Shown: positions 29,328-38,170, numbered from the stretch's first letter. The stretch: DNA of 64,000 nt from an uncultured Candidatus Saccharibacteria bacterium (GCA_964639185.1 CAZXCN010000003.1:14059-78058), one strand, 5' to 3'. Notes: generated from the sequence alone by a model not told the origin. Numbers and translations: made by a program.

Positions 29328-31040
29328 ATGGATTTATCATCGTTCCACTCACGCATAAGGATATTGGCCACATGCGTTTTTTTATTTGCATGTATTTTGA
29401 TTTTGAAACTTTTTTATATTTCGGTAATTCACCAGAATGAATATAGCGAACGTGCCGATAGGCAATATGCAACACCTTCTGGTGACATGTTCAATCGTGG
29501 TGATATATTTATGACCAAACGCGATGGTACCATTGTATCCGGAGGTACTGTTATATCTGGATTCAAAGTTGCTATTAATAATAATAAAATAACAACAAGC
29601 CCTGAGGCCCTATATAATTCTTTGAGTCCGTACTTGGTAATATCTCGTGATGAATTTATTACAAAGGCTTCAAAAACAGGCGATCCTTATGAGGAGATAA
29701 TATTTAAATTAACAAAAGAACAGGCCGATGAGATATCTGCACTGAGTTTGCCTGGAGTTTCGATATATAAACAAAAATGGCGATTTTATCCAGGGGGTTC
29801 TATGGCTGCGCATGCTTTAGGCTTTGTTTCGTTCAAAGGCGACAAACGTGTGGGTCAATACGGATTGGAAAAGTTTTATAATAGTACATTGTCAAAGCCA
29901 GATGATGGTGTGTATGTAAACTTTTTTGCTGAAGTATTTTCTAATATTGGTAAAAGCTTTTCTAACGTACGTGAAGGTGACGTTGTAACAACTATTGAAC
30001 CTGTTACTCAAAATATATTGGATAAAGAATTGAATGATGCTATGGATAAATGGCATGGAGACACAATGGGTGGAATAATCATGGACCCAAATACTGGTGA
30101 GATATATGCCATGTCGGGTTTGCCTGATTTTGATCTGAATGATTTTGGTAAAGTAAAGGATCCTCGTTTGTACGGTAACCCAATTGTTGAGAGTGTTTTT
30201 GAATTCGGATCAGTTATAAAGCCATTGGTTATAGCAGCAGCGTTAGATAAAGGTGTTATTACTCCGGAAACAACTTATCTAGACAAGGGTTCGGTAGTTG
30301 TAAATAAAAAAGAAATATTTAATTTCGATAAAAAAGCTCGTGGCCAAGCAACTATGCAAACTGTGTTAGATCAATCATTGAATACAGGAATGGTGTTTGT
30401 AGAGAATAAGCTTGGGCATGAATCATTTCGTAATTATATGAAAGCGTACGGTATAGGTGAGAAGACAGGCATCGACTTGCCAAACGAAACTTCGGGTTTG
30501 ATTAATAACCTCGATAGTACTCGTGATATTGAATATGCTACTGCATCGTTTGGTCAGGGTATCGCACTAACACCTATTGAGGCTATACGAGCATTTGCTG
30601 TACTTGCAAATGGTGGTAACCTAGTTACACCACACTTTGGTAAAGAGCTTAAATACGCTGACGGAACTTCGAAAAAATTAGAATTTCCAATTACTAAAAC
30701 AGGTCTTTTGAGTAAAGAAGCTACGAATACATTGTCACGCATGTTGGTACATGTATTCGATACATCGTATGGTGGTGGTGCATACAAATTCGAGCATTAT
30801 ACTGTTGCCACAAAGACCGGTACAGCGCAAGTGGCGCGTGATGATGGAAAAGGTTATTATGAAGATCAGCATATGCATTCATTCTTTGGATATTTCCCAG
30901 CATACGAACCAAGATTCGTCGTATTCTTGTTTATAAAGAATCCAAAAGGTGTACAATATGCAGCCCAGTCACTGATACCACCATTTGTAAATATTACAAA
31001 ATTCCTGCTTAATTATTATAATGTTCCACCAGATAGATAA
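29328..31040 (+). CDS. ftsI: Penicillin-binding protein (FtsI/PBP3-like class B transpeptidase)
   Basis: N-terminal TM. SxxK motif GSVIKP, SxN motif SLNTG and KTGTAQ. Sits in the dcw context. Confidence 0.85.
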   Translation: MDLSSFHSRIRILATCVFLFACILILKLFYISVIHQNEYSERADRQYATPSGDMFNRGDIFMTKRDGTIVSGGTVISGFKVAINNNKITTSPEALYNSLSPYLVISRDEFITKASKTGDPYEEIIFKLTKEQADEISALSLPGVSIYKQKWRFYPGGSMAAHALGFVSFKGDKRVGQYGLEKFYNSTLSKPDDGVYVNFFAEVFSNIGKSFSNVREGDVVTTIEPVTQNILDKELNDAMDKWHGDTMGGIIMDPNTGEIYAMSGLPDFDLNDFGKVKDPRLYGNPIVESVFEFGSVIKPLVIAAALDKGVITPETTYLDKGSVVVNKKEIFNFDKKARGQATMQTVLDQSLNTGMVFVENKLGHESFRNYMKAYGIGEKTGIDLPNETSGLINNLDSTRDIEYATASFGQGIALTPIEAIRAFAVLANGGNLVTPHFGKELKYADGTSKKLEFPITKTGLLSKEATNTLSRMLVHVFDTSYGGGAYKFEHYTVATKTGTAQVARDDGKGYYEDQHMHSFFGYFPAYEPRFVVFLFIKNPKGVQYAAQSLIPPFVNITKFLLNYYNVPPDR

Positions 31041-31050
31041 TATAAAAATC

Positions 31051-32349
31051 ATGAAAAAAAAATTTAGAAAGATAGTAATTCGTATTCTTACTTGGCAAGC
31101 CAAGATAGTATTGAAGCGTTATAATCCAAAAATAGTAGCTATTACTGGATCAGTAGGCAAGACTTCAACAAAAGATGCTGTATATACAGTATTGTCACAA
31201 TTTTATACTGTACGTAAAAGTCAAAAGAGTTTTAATGGTGAAATAGGTTTGCCTCTTACTATACTCGGTTTTCCAAATGGCTGGAATAATCCAATTATTT
31301 GGATGGATAATGTTATCCGAGGATTCGCACTTTTATTGTGGAAGCATGATTTCCCCGAGTATCTTGTTTTGGAAATAGGTGCGGGTAAACCAAATGATAT
31401 TATTAGTGTGTCCAAGTGGCTCAAGTCTGACTTTGTTATTTTTACACGTTTTCCAGATATGCCAGTACATGTTGAATTCTTTAAAGACAAGAATCATGTA
31501 ATAGAAGAAAAGACTTCATTGGCCTATACATTGAAGCCTAATGGTGTGTTGATACTAAATCATGATGACAAGGAAGTTTATAAAATTCACCACAAGGTAA
31601 AGAACCGGTCTATTTCATTTGGGTTCGATGAACATGCTACTTATCGTGCTACATATCCAACAGTAGCTACGCATAGTGCAGGAACTGCATCGGTAACACT
31701 TGGTATGAATTTTAAATTGGAACACGGGGGCAATACATTCCCTGTAGCTATGGATCATATTATCGGTATGAATCATGTTTATTCAGGTCTTGCTGCTATT
31801 GCTTGTGCCGTGGAAAGTGGTGCCGACATATTGGCATCAGTAAATGCTATTGCTGAATACAGGACACCACCAGGCCGACTTTCAATAATCGAAGGTATGA
31901 ACAATAGTGTGATTATCGATGACACTTACAATGCATCACCAACCGCTACTGAATCTGCATTAGAGGTGCTGGGGTCTGTCGAAGGCAAGAGGAAGATAGC
32001 AGTATTGGGCGACATGCTCGAGCTAGGCAAGATGACTGAGGAAGCTCATAAAGATATTGGTGTCAAAGTTTGCAATGTTGCTGATATATTGATAGTAGTT
32101 GGTCCACGTTCTAGATTTATTGCTCAGGGTGCAAATGAAAATGGGTTCCCAATAAAAGAAACATATGCATTTGAAAGTTCAGAAACTTGTGGCAAATTCC
32201 TGTCTGCTATGATCGAACCTTCTGACGTAATTCTTCTGAAAGGTTCCCAAGGTACTCGTATGGAGCGTGCCGTGGCGATGATAATGGCACACCCAGAAGA
32301 TGCCCCGAATTTATTATGCCGGCAGGAAAAGGAATGGCTGAAGAGGTAG
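31051..32349 (+). CDS. murF: UDP-N-acetylmuramoyl-tripeptide--D-alanyl-D-alanine ligase MurF
   Basis: IVAITGSVGKTSTKDAVY (P-loop) plus Mur ligase middle and C-terminal domains. Start at the ATG at 31051. Confidence 0.8.
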   Translation: MKKKFRKIVIRILTWQAKIVLKRYNPKIVAITGSVGKTSTKDAVYTVLSQFYTVRKSQKSFNGEIGLPLTILGFPNGWNNPIIWMDNVIRGFALLLWKHDFPEYLVLEIGAGKPNDIISVSKWLKSDFVIFTRFPDMPVHVEFFKDKNHVIEEKTSLAYTLKPNGVLILNHDDKEVYKIHHKVKNRSISFGFDEHATYRATYPTVATHSAGTASVTLGMNFKLEHGGNTFPVAMDHIIGMNHVYSGLAAIACAVESGADILASVNAIAEYRTPPGRLSIIEGMNNSVIIDDTYNASPTATESALEVLGSVEGKRKIAVLGDMLELGKMTEEAHKDIGVKVCNVADILIVVGPRSRFIAQGANENGFPIKETYAFESSETCGKFLSAMIEPSDVILLKGSQGTRMERAVAMIMAHPEDAPNLLCRQEKEWLKR

Positions 32350-32412
32350 TATTGTAAAATTCTTCATTTGTTAAATTCATAATCATGTGGTATATTAATA
32401 AAAAAATATATT

Positions 32413-32817
32413 ATGGCATATAGATTAAAAGAATTAAAAATCGAGTCTTCTAAGTACAAGTTAGAAGCTAATGATGAAGAAAAAAAAGCCTTAAATCAAA
32501 TAGGGATGTGCGAAAAGAATAAAAATAAACCGCATATTATCTCTAATCATTATTGGGTAAGAGAAAAAGACGCTATGTGTAATTGTTTAAATTGTGACCT
32601 CTCCTTTTTAAAAGGTCATCTCTATTTAATACCACAAGGTGTGATTTTAATTGAAGAAGAAAATAGGAGAAAATTTATTAAGAAAAAGACTAGTCCTGAG
32701 CTTAATTCTAATTCTAATTCTGAGACTAAAATTAATTCTAATTCTAATTCTAATTCTAATTTTAATTCTGAGATTAAGGTTAAACCTTATTTTAAAATGC
32801 ACTTTGGCTCAAATTAA
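32413..32817 (+). CDS. Hypothetical protein with a Cys cluster (CNCLNCD) and a Ser/Asn-rich low-complexity tail
   Basis: ORF with NSNSNSETKINSNSNSNSNFNSE encoded by the hexamer repeat. No homology recognised. Confidence 0.35.
   Translation: MAYRLKELKIESSKYKLEANDEEKKALNQIGMCEKNKNKPHIISNHYWVREKDAMCNCLNCDLSFLKGHLYLIPQGVILIEEENRRKFIKKKTSPELNSNSNSETKINSNSNSNSNFNSEIKVKPYFKMHFGSN
32704..32770 (+). repeat. Tandem hexamer repeat (AATTCT)n, two runs, inside the ORF
   Basis: aattctaattctaattct ... aattctaattctaattctaattct. Confidence 0.8.
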
Positions 32818-32837
32818 AAATTGAATTTTATTATTAT

Positions 32838-32868
32838 AAAACAGCGAATGAAAATTTGCTGTTTTTTT
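32838..32868 (+). terminator. Rho-independent terminator
   Basis: aaacagcgaatgaaaatttgctgttttttt. Confidence 0.6.
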
Positions 32869-32870
32869 AT

Positions 32871-33077
32871 GGGGGGCCTACAGGGAACATGAGTACATTT
32901 ATCGCCGACTACATCGGCAGGTACTTTTCCGGTCGTAAACGACACGGAAAAGTCTTTCGATTCTCTGACGCTAGCAAAGCAGTTTGCTCGCTTAGGGTCA
33001 CGCAATAAAAAAGGCCCGACAAAGTCGAGCTCTTTTTTATACGCGTGAGGGTTTAACAGATAGAACCCCCCCCAAGG
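32871..33077 (+). repeat. GC-rich repeat element E1. It starts with a direct repeat of the tRNA-Glu 3' end (cctacagggaa, 32877..32887), followed by a conserved arm (gagtac ... gtctttcgattct) and a tail (agggtt...ccccccccaagg)
   Basis: Shares cctacagggaac, gagtac and gtctttcgattct in the same order and orientation with the element at 36537..36640 and with the 3' end of tRNA-Glu at 36700..36715. Much higher GC than the flanks. Confidence 0.7.
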
Positions 33078-33119
33078 TTCATTGCCCAGTAAGGCTTTTT
33101 TATATGTTCATAATATATA

Positions 33120-33584
33120 CTATTTAACTTTCTCGTGCATAGCTTGTTTCTCTTTTTGTTTTGCAACTTCAAGCAAATATTTTAATCCTTCATTGGAATT
33201 AAATTTATTTTGTATCTCTAATTTGAAATATCGAAAAATCATTACAACGAATGTAGTGAAAAAAAGTATGATAAAAATATTATATAAATAACCATGTGGT
33301 ACGTTTCTGTCTATTATATTAGCAACGAGGTTTCCTGAAATACCCAGTATTATTCCTAGAAATAAAAGCCAATATGATTCTCTCTTTTCTTCGATTTCTT
33401 TAACAACAGTTTCGAATTTTGTAATTTCTTTTTGTAAAGTATCAGTCATATTTTTGATAAAGACATCTTTGTCTTTATCAGGAATAGCATTCCATGTAGA
33501 AATACCCACTGTTTCAATTATTTTTTCTCTAATTTGATATTCTCGTTTTACGCTGTTTTCCATGATTAAAGTATTATAATACAA
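33120..33584 (-). CDS. Hypothetical protein, 154 aa: soluble N-terminal domain plus 2 C-terminal TM helices (island cargo)
   Basis: ORF with TMs LLFLGIILGISGNLVANII and LYNIFIILFFTTFVVMIF. Divergent from the 930-aa ORF. No homology recognised. Confidence 0.5.
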   Translation of the reverse strand: MYYNTLIMENSVKREYQIREKIIETVGISTWNAIPDKDKDVFIKNMTDTLQKEITKFETVVKEIEEKRESYWLLFLGIILGISGNLVANIIDRNVPHGYLYNIFIILFFTTFVVMIFRYFKLEIQNKFNSNEGLKYLLEVAKQKEKQAMHEKVK

Positions 33585-33676
33585 AAAGTGACAAAAGTGA
33601 CATTATTTTAAATAATAAGAAAATTACTCTCAAAAGTGTCTGATTTACCTGTCAAATAGGATCTAAAAATGCTAAA

Positions 33677-36469
33677 ATGGCTATTATGTGGCATAAATAT
33701 TTATACATAATACAAAATCCAGATCCTCAGACGTGTCTCGCAGGTCTCGTTTGTGCCAATGATACTTTTATTGCCATATACGGGGTCATATTCACTATTG
33801 TAATTTCCTTGGGTGTATATATTTATGGTCTACAAAACAGAGAAGAGAAAATAACCCTACTTAAAAGTACAGATATTAAAGGTATCATAGAAAACTCTCT
33901 TGGTTTTTTTGCATTTACTTTTTTTGCATTACCCAACCCCGTCTATGAAATTTTTAACTTTATATTTTTAGGATGGATTCTTCTGAGACTGCTAGGTGCT
34001 TTTAAGGAAGTCTTTAAATTTAATGAGAGCGAATTGTCGGGAGAAAGAGCTGTGAAGAAGTTCAAGGAAGGTGTGATTCGTGAGAAGCTTATCCAATTTG
34101 AGGATTTAAAGAAAAAGAATGAGTTACTGAATGAAGAACTTGAGAAGAAAAGGGGTGAGGAAATAGAAAGATTCCTCTTCAGTGAAAACAATGAGTCTTA
34201 TCACCTTATTCGCGCTCAAAGTTCCGGGTATATTACAGATATTGATCTCAATATCTTATTTGCGAATGAAGACAGTAAAGATTCTTTGGGAAATTATTCA
34301 TACTATATTCCGTATCACATTTCACACGGTGCTCCAATAGATTTCGATACAGTGATTCTCGGTGTAAAAAAAGATGGAGATAAGAAAATCGATGAAGACA
34401 GAGAAGACAGACTGCGGTCTTTCATATCTGTCAGTGATGAATATGAAAATCCGACCTCTTACATTGAAGCCGAAACAAGGAATTATTACCCACAAATGAT
34501 CTCCTTGATAAAGCTTGAAGATTCAAAAAGTCTTGAATTGAAACTTAAAGAATTTTCTAGCTTCGTTGATCATTTCACAAACAAGTCAGATTCGTACGTA
34601 GATATTATCCAATTTATTAATGATGATATTATCTTTACCTTGCAAAAATACGCATTCAAGCAAGGAAACGTTGATTGTATAAGAAAGGTGGTGTCGTTCT
34701 CTCTCGGATATATTTATCAGGCGTTAGACAAGAAATCAACGAAGACATTTAATATCTTTTTTAGAAACTTCGGGCATGCCTATTATGAAGCGTTCAGTCT
34801 CAATAAAAAAGAAAGGGATGAATTCTTTGATATTTATTTCAGATGGCTTAACGAAGTTGCTAAGTATTCATTAAAATCCAGAATCAAAAAGGATGATGAT
34901 TATTCGGAGTTTGTTACTACTTTTCTATCTGGAGTTAACGGATGGTTAAAAATTGCTTTTGACCGCAAAGACATTGATGTTTTCGAGAAAACACTGTCAT
35001 TCTTAAATAACTCTCTTTCCCGTGAGACGTATGAGCACGATAAGGATGATGCACTTGATGAGGCTGTTCTCACCAAGAAAGCTGTACTGTTTGGTTTTAC
35101 TGCGTGGGTGTATAAATATTTTCCGGCAAGAAAGGGCGATGACTTTTACCGCAATGCACTGTCCAAACTACTGTCAGCCTTGGCTAAGGATCCAATCCGT
35201 CACTACGCAAACAATCAAGATGATTTGAATTATTATTTGAGTATTTACTTAAAGAGTGCGGAACTCTCAGAAAGCAAGGGTTCTTTTGGATGGGATAGTT
35301 GGGATATGCCCGAGGGAACAGTTTCTACGGTTACAATACGTCATGATATTAAGAATCTGCTAACAGATCGTATTCTTAATATTGTATTAGCTAACCCCAC
35401 TCTAGCCGTTGATATAAAAGATAAAAATTATAACGACGAACTTTCTCTTGTAAAACAAGGCAACCAGCAGTTCGATGTTCTTCTAAATAAGACCAAAGAC
35501 TTTTTTGTCTCTACGGAAAAACTAACAGATGAACAATTTGATACCGCAAAAACTAAATTTTATGAAGTCTTCTCAAAGATCGCTGAAAAATACGAATCCG
35601 ATGTTAGGAGTAAGCTTATTCAGCAGTCAATTGATGATGAAAAATTTAATGAATTTGCAAAACAGAATTTTGAGTCATATAAAAAGTCGCGAGTTTTGTA
35701 CGGTATTCAAAAGTTTATAAAAGATAGTACAAAGAGGAGCGATGGTTTTGGATATAACACCCTCTTATCCAAAGAACAGTTTGTTAAAGAGACCAATGTT
35801 CACTATTCAAACGGAGACCAGTTTGGTGAAGATCTTGCTAGGTCAGAAGACAACAAGATTCTTGAATCCATCTACAAGAAAGTAGAAAAGACCCCTCTTA
35901 TTAGTAGAGAAAATATTGGTAAGAACATATATCCCGAGAGTGATACAACAGCCATCATCTTGTGGCTAAACGGCTACTTGAGTATCGAATCATATTCTCC
36001 TAACGATTTTGTTCCTTATTGGCAGGAAGTAGATTCCAGAAAAGATAAAGGTCCCTATTATCAAGGAACTATTAAGGGTGTTCCCGTGTATATCATTTAT
36101 AAGTTCCAAGATCAGAAGTCATATCCAGACTCCATGTTTATTTTTAAATCGGGGTCATTCTCTGCTCATGAATTTGAAATAGAGAAGGATACTGAGTTAG
36201 ATGAGGCAAACACAAAATGGTCAAACGATGAAGAAAGTTGTTTAACTTTATCCATAACTAACCTCTCAAGTCTTGATGAGGCTCGTAAAAAGATAGTTGA
36301 AAATTGGATCAAGAATGATCCTGATAGCGTAAAAGATAAAGACGCAAAAATTGAAGAGATTAAAACAGATGTGATCTTTAAATTCTATAAAGGACTGGGA
36401 GTTGAAGATTTAGTTATTGATGGTAAAAAAATTAAGATTTTCCGCATTAAGAGAAGTTGGATTAAGTAA
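33677..36469 (+). CDS. Large hypothetical protein, 930 aa: three N-terminal TM helices, a coiled-coil segment, then an ~800-aa cytoplasmic region with no recognisable motifs (island cargo)
   Basis: Long uninterrupted ORF. TMs at about residues 20-50, 65-85 and 90-110; coiled coil LIQFEDLKKKNELLNEELEKKRGEEIERF. No Walker A, integrase or nuclease signatures seen. Confidence 0.6.
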   Translation: MAIMWHKYLYIIQNPDPQTCLAGLVCANDTFIAIYGVIFTIVISLGVYIYGLQNREEKITLLKSTDIKGIIENSLGFFAFTFFALPNPVYEIFNFIFLGWILLRLLGAFKEVFKFNESELSGERAVKKFKEGVIREKLIQFEDLKKKNELLNEELEKKRGEEIERFLFSENNESYHLIRAQSSGYITDIDLNILFANEDSKDSLGNYSYYIPYHISHGAPIDFDTVILGVKKDGDKKIDEDREDRLRSFISVSDEYENPTSYIEAETRNYYPQMISLIKLEDSKSLELKLKEFSSFVDHFTNKSDSYVDIIQFINDDIIFTLQKYAFKQGNVDCIRKVVSFSLGYIYQALDKKSTKTFNIFFRNFGHAYYEAFSLNKKERDEFFDIYFRWLNEVAKYSLKSRIKKDDDYSEFVTTFLSGVNGWLKIAFDRKDIDVFEKTLSFLNNSLSRETYEHDKDDALDEAVLTKKAVLFGFTAWVYKYFPARKGDDFYRNALSKLLSALAKDPIRHYANNQDDLNYYLSIYLKSAELSESKGSFGWDSWDMPEGTVSTVTIRHDIKNLLTDRILNIVLANPTLAVDIKDKNYNDELSLVKQGNQQFDVLLNKTKDFFVSTEKLTDEQFDTAKTKFYEVFSKIAEKYESDVRSKLIQQSIDDEKFNEFAKQNFESYKKSRVLYGIQKFIKDSTKRSDGFGYNTLLSKEQFVKETNVHYSNGDQFGEDLARSEDNKILESIYKKVEKTPLISRENIGKNIYPESDTTAIILWLNGYLSIESYSPNDFVPYWQEVDSRKDKGPYYQGTIKGVPVYIIYKFQDQKSYPDSMFIFKSGSFSAHEFEIEKDTELDEANTKWSNDEESCLTLSITNLSSLDEARKKIVENWIKNDPDSVKDKDAKIEEIKTDVIFKFYKGLGVEDLVIDGKKIKIFRIKRSWIK

Positions 36470-36476
36470 GTTCACA

Positions 36477-36512
36477 GGTACCAAAATAGCCCTTTAAGGG
36501 CTATTTTGGTAC
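36477..36512 (+). terminator. Perfect 16-bp stem hairpin immediately after the 930-aa ORF (no T-run)
   Basis: ggtaccaaaatagccc-ttta-agggctattttggtac. Confidence 0.45.
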
Positions 36513-36536
36513 GCTTCTCGTGCCGCGCTCTTGAAG

Positions 36537-36700
36537 GTGACCCTACAGGGAACCGCGAGTACGCTTTCGGTCACGAGTCTTTTCTTGGTAGAAAAGCTCG
36601 CGACCCCGACTCGGCTCGACAGCCTCCGTCTTTCGATTCTTTTTAAACATAGATTTAGCTATGTTTAAAAATCACAAAATTTGTCCTGCGGAAAATTTTG
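36537..36700 (+). repeat. GC-rich repeat element E2. It has a 16-nt exact direct repeat of the tRNA-Glu 3' end (gtgaccctacagggaa, 36537..36552), a conserved arm (gagtac ... gtctttcgattct to 36640) and further hairpins up to the tRNA
   Basis: gtgaccctacagggaa is identical to 36700..36715. The arm is homologous to E1. It contains the palindromes aaacatagatttagctatgttt and cacaaaattt...aaattttgtg. Confidence 0.7.
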
Positions 36701-36772
36701 TGACCCTACAGGGAATCGAACCCTGATTCCATCCTTGAGAAGGATGTGTCCTAACCGTTAGACGATAGGGCC
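36701..36772 (-). tRNA. tRNA-Glu (anticodon CUC)
   Basis: The reverse complement reads GGCCCUAUCGUCUAACGGUUAGGACACAUCCUUCUCAAGGAUGGAAUCAGGGUUCGAUUCCCUGUAGGGUCA. The anticodon loop is UUCUCAA and the T-loop UUCGAUU. Confidence 0.85.
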
Positions 36773-36838
36773 ATATGAGATTTAAAATACCACATTTTGT
36801 ATATTTTTCAAAGTTGAATAGAAGTATATTTTGCCGAT

Positions 36839-36868
36839 TTGACTCATTTGCACTCAAATGGTATTCTG
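36839..36868 (+). promoter_or_regulatory. Putative promoter for prs (TTGACT-17-TATTCT), overlapping the palindrome GCACTCA...TGAGTGC
   Basis: ttgactcatttgcactcaaatggtattctgagtgc. Confidence 0.3.
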
Positions 36869-36898
36869 AGTGCAAACAAAAAAATAAAAATAAAAATT

Positions 36899-37963
36899 AT
36901 GAAAGAAGTTTCAGCAGACCCTAACATCCTCATAATCGGAGGCAGTACTTGTAATGATGGCATAGCTGTCGAAATTGCAGGAATTTTAGGAACAGATTTG
37001 TTTCCATGTGATATTGGAAAATTCGCAAACGGAGAACCTGACATTGATTTAAAAAAAAGTGTCAGAGGTAAAACAGTATTTTTTATCCAACGTTCATTAA
37101 CTGGAAATGGTGAAATGGGTTCTGGTATGATGGAAACCCGCACTGTTGCAGATGCGTTGTTGAGGGCTAAGGTAGGTAGAATGATACTCATACAATTAAA
37201 TTTTCCCATGTCTAGACAAGACAGAAGAGAATTTAATGTTAAATCAAAAAGTTTGAAACCTAAAAGACGCCCCATCAGTGCAAGAGTAGCTGCAGATTTC
37301 TACACAGAATGTGGATTTGAAGATGTTGTAACTATACATTTGCATTCTGCCCAAATTGAAGGATTCTTCGATGCTAGAAAGTGTGGTATTGATAATATCA
37401 ATCCCGCATCTGTTTTTATAGATTATTTGCATGAAGAAGGAATTTTGAATGGAGAAAATAGTGACCTCATGCTGGTATCTCCTGATGTTGGGGGTGCTAC
37501 ATTTGTTTCTTTGATCTCAGACATTTTAAACTTACCTCCTTATGCAATTATTGATAAACGCAGAACGGGTCCTGGTAAAAGCAAAGCCATGAACATAATT
37601 GGTAGTGTGAAAGGTAAGAGGTGTATTTTGTGGGACGATATGGTGGATTCTGGTGGAACTGCCGTTGAAGCTGCTGAAAAGGTTTTGGATGAAGGAGCAA
37701 AAGAGGTAATGCTAATTGCTACTCACCCAGTGCTTACAGGTGAAGCCGTTAAAAATTTACTAAATTCAAAATTTAGTAAAGCTATCTTCACAAACACACT
37801 TCCTATTCCAGTAGAATTAAAAAATAGTCCAAAGATTGTTCAGCTATCTATTGGTCCAATGGTAGCAAGAATTATTGCAAATATTTACAATGATGAATCG
37901 TTAGAAGAAATTGTGAATATTAATACAGAATTTTTACAATCTAAAACTGCTACACAATCATGA
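36899..37963 (+). CDS. prs: Ribose-phosphate pyrophosphokinase (PRPP synthetase) with a short basic insertion
   Basis: PRPP-binding loop ILWDDMVDSGGTAVEAA; RQDRRE flexible-loop region with an extra EFNVKSKSLKPKRR. Start placed at the ATG at 36899. Confidence 0.8.
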   Translation: MKEVSADPNILIIGGSTCNDGIAVEIAGILGTDLFPCDIGKFANGEPDIDLKKSVRGKTVFFIQRSLTGNGEMGSGMMETRTVADALLRAKVGRMILIQLNFPMSRQDRREFNVKSKSLKPKRRPISARVAADFYTECGFEDVVTIHLHSAQIEGFFDARKCGIDNINPASVFIDYLHEEGILNGENSDLMLVSPDVGGATFVSLISDILNLPPYAIIDKRRTGPGKSKAMNIIGSVKGKRCILWDDMVDSGGTAVEAAEKVLDEGAKEVMLIATHPVLTGEAVKNLLNSKFSKAIFTNTLPIPVELKNSPKIVQLSIGPMVARIIANIYNDESLEEIVNINTEFLQSKTATQS

Positions 37964-38100
37964 AAAATTTATTTTTTAACAACGATCCTCGTGAATACGG
38001 GGAAGACGATGACGAAGAAGAAGACGAAGACGGTAACTATTCAAATTATTCAGAAGATTCTGAAGCTAATGAATCTGCTACTGATCTAAGAGGGAAGTAA
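37960..38100 (+). CDS. Possible small acidic protein (46 aa) overlapping the prs stop (ATGA)
   Basis: Manual translation: MKNLFFNNDPREYGEDDDEEEDEDGNYSNYSEDSEANESATDLRGK. Not in the ORF track. Confidence 0.2.
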   Translation: MKNLFFNNDPREYGEDDDEEEDEDGNYSNYSEDSEANESATDLRGK

Positions 38101-38122
38101 AATTCTCACAAACACAATTCTA

Positions 38123-38170
38123 AAATCCTACAGACGTTTAACCAACGTTTGTGGGATTTTTTTTATACCT
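38123..38170 (+). terminator. Rho-independent terminator (imperfect 14-bp stem + T8)
   Basis: atcctacagacgtt-taacca-aacgtttgtgggatttttttt. Confidence 0.6.

Noticed and set aside
32814-33005. 63-aa minus-strand ORF
   Set aside because: It lies inside the GC-rich non-coding repeat element E1 and has no start context.
32871-33077. Considered whether E1/E2 are tmRNA, RNase P RNA, SRP RNA or 5S rRNA, given the G-rich 5' end and the tRNA-like cctacagggaa
   Set aside because: No tmRNA tag-coding or T-arm/CCA end is present. There are no RNase P P4 motifs (GGAAAGUCCGG / ACAGAAxCCGGCUUA), no SRP domain IV (AGGAAGCAGC) and no 5S conserved loops. The tRNA-like segment is a degenerate copy of the tRNA-Glu 3' end with the T-loop deleted, which is better explained as att-site duplication.
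36899-37963. Prs insertion as a separate finding
   Set aside because: The extra ~10-14 basic residues in the flexible loop are within normal family variation, so they are noted only in the feature.
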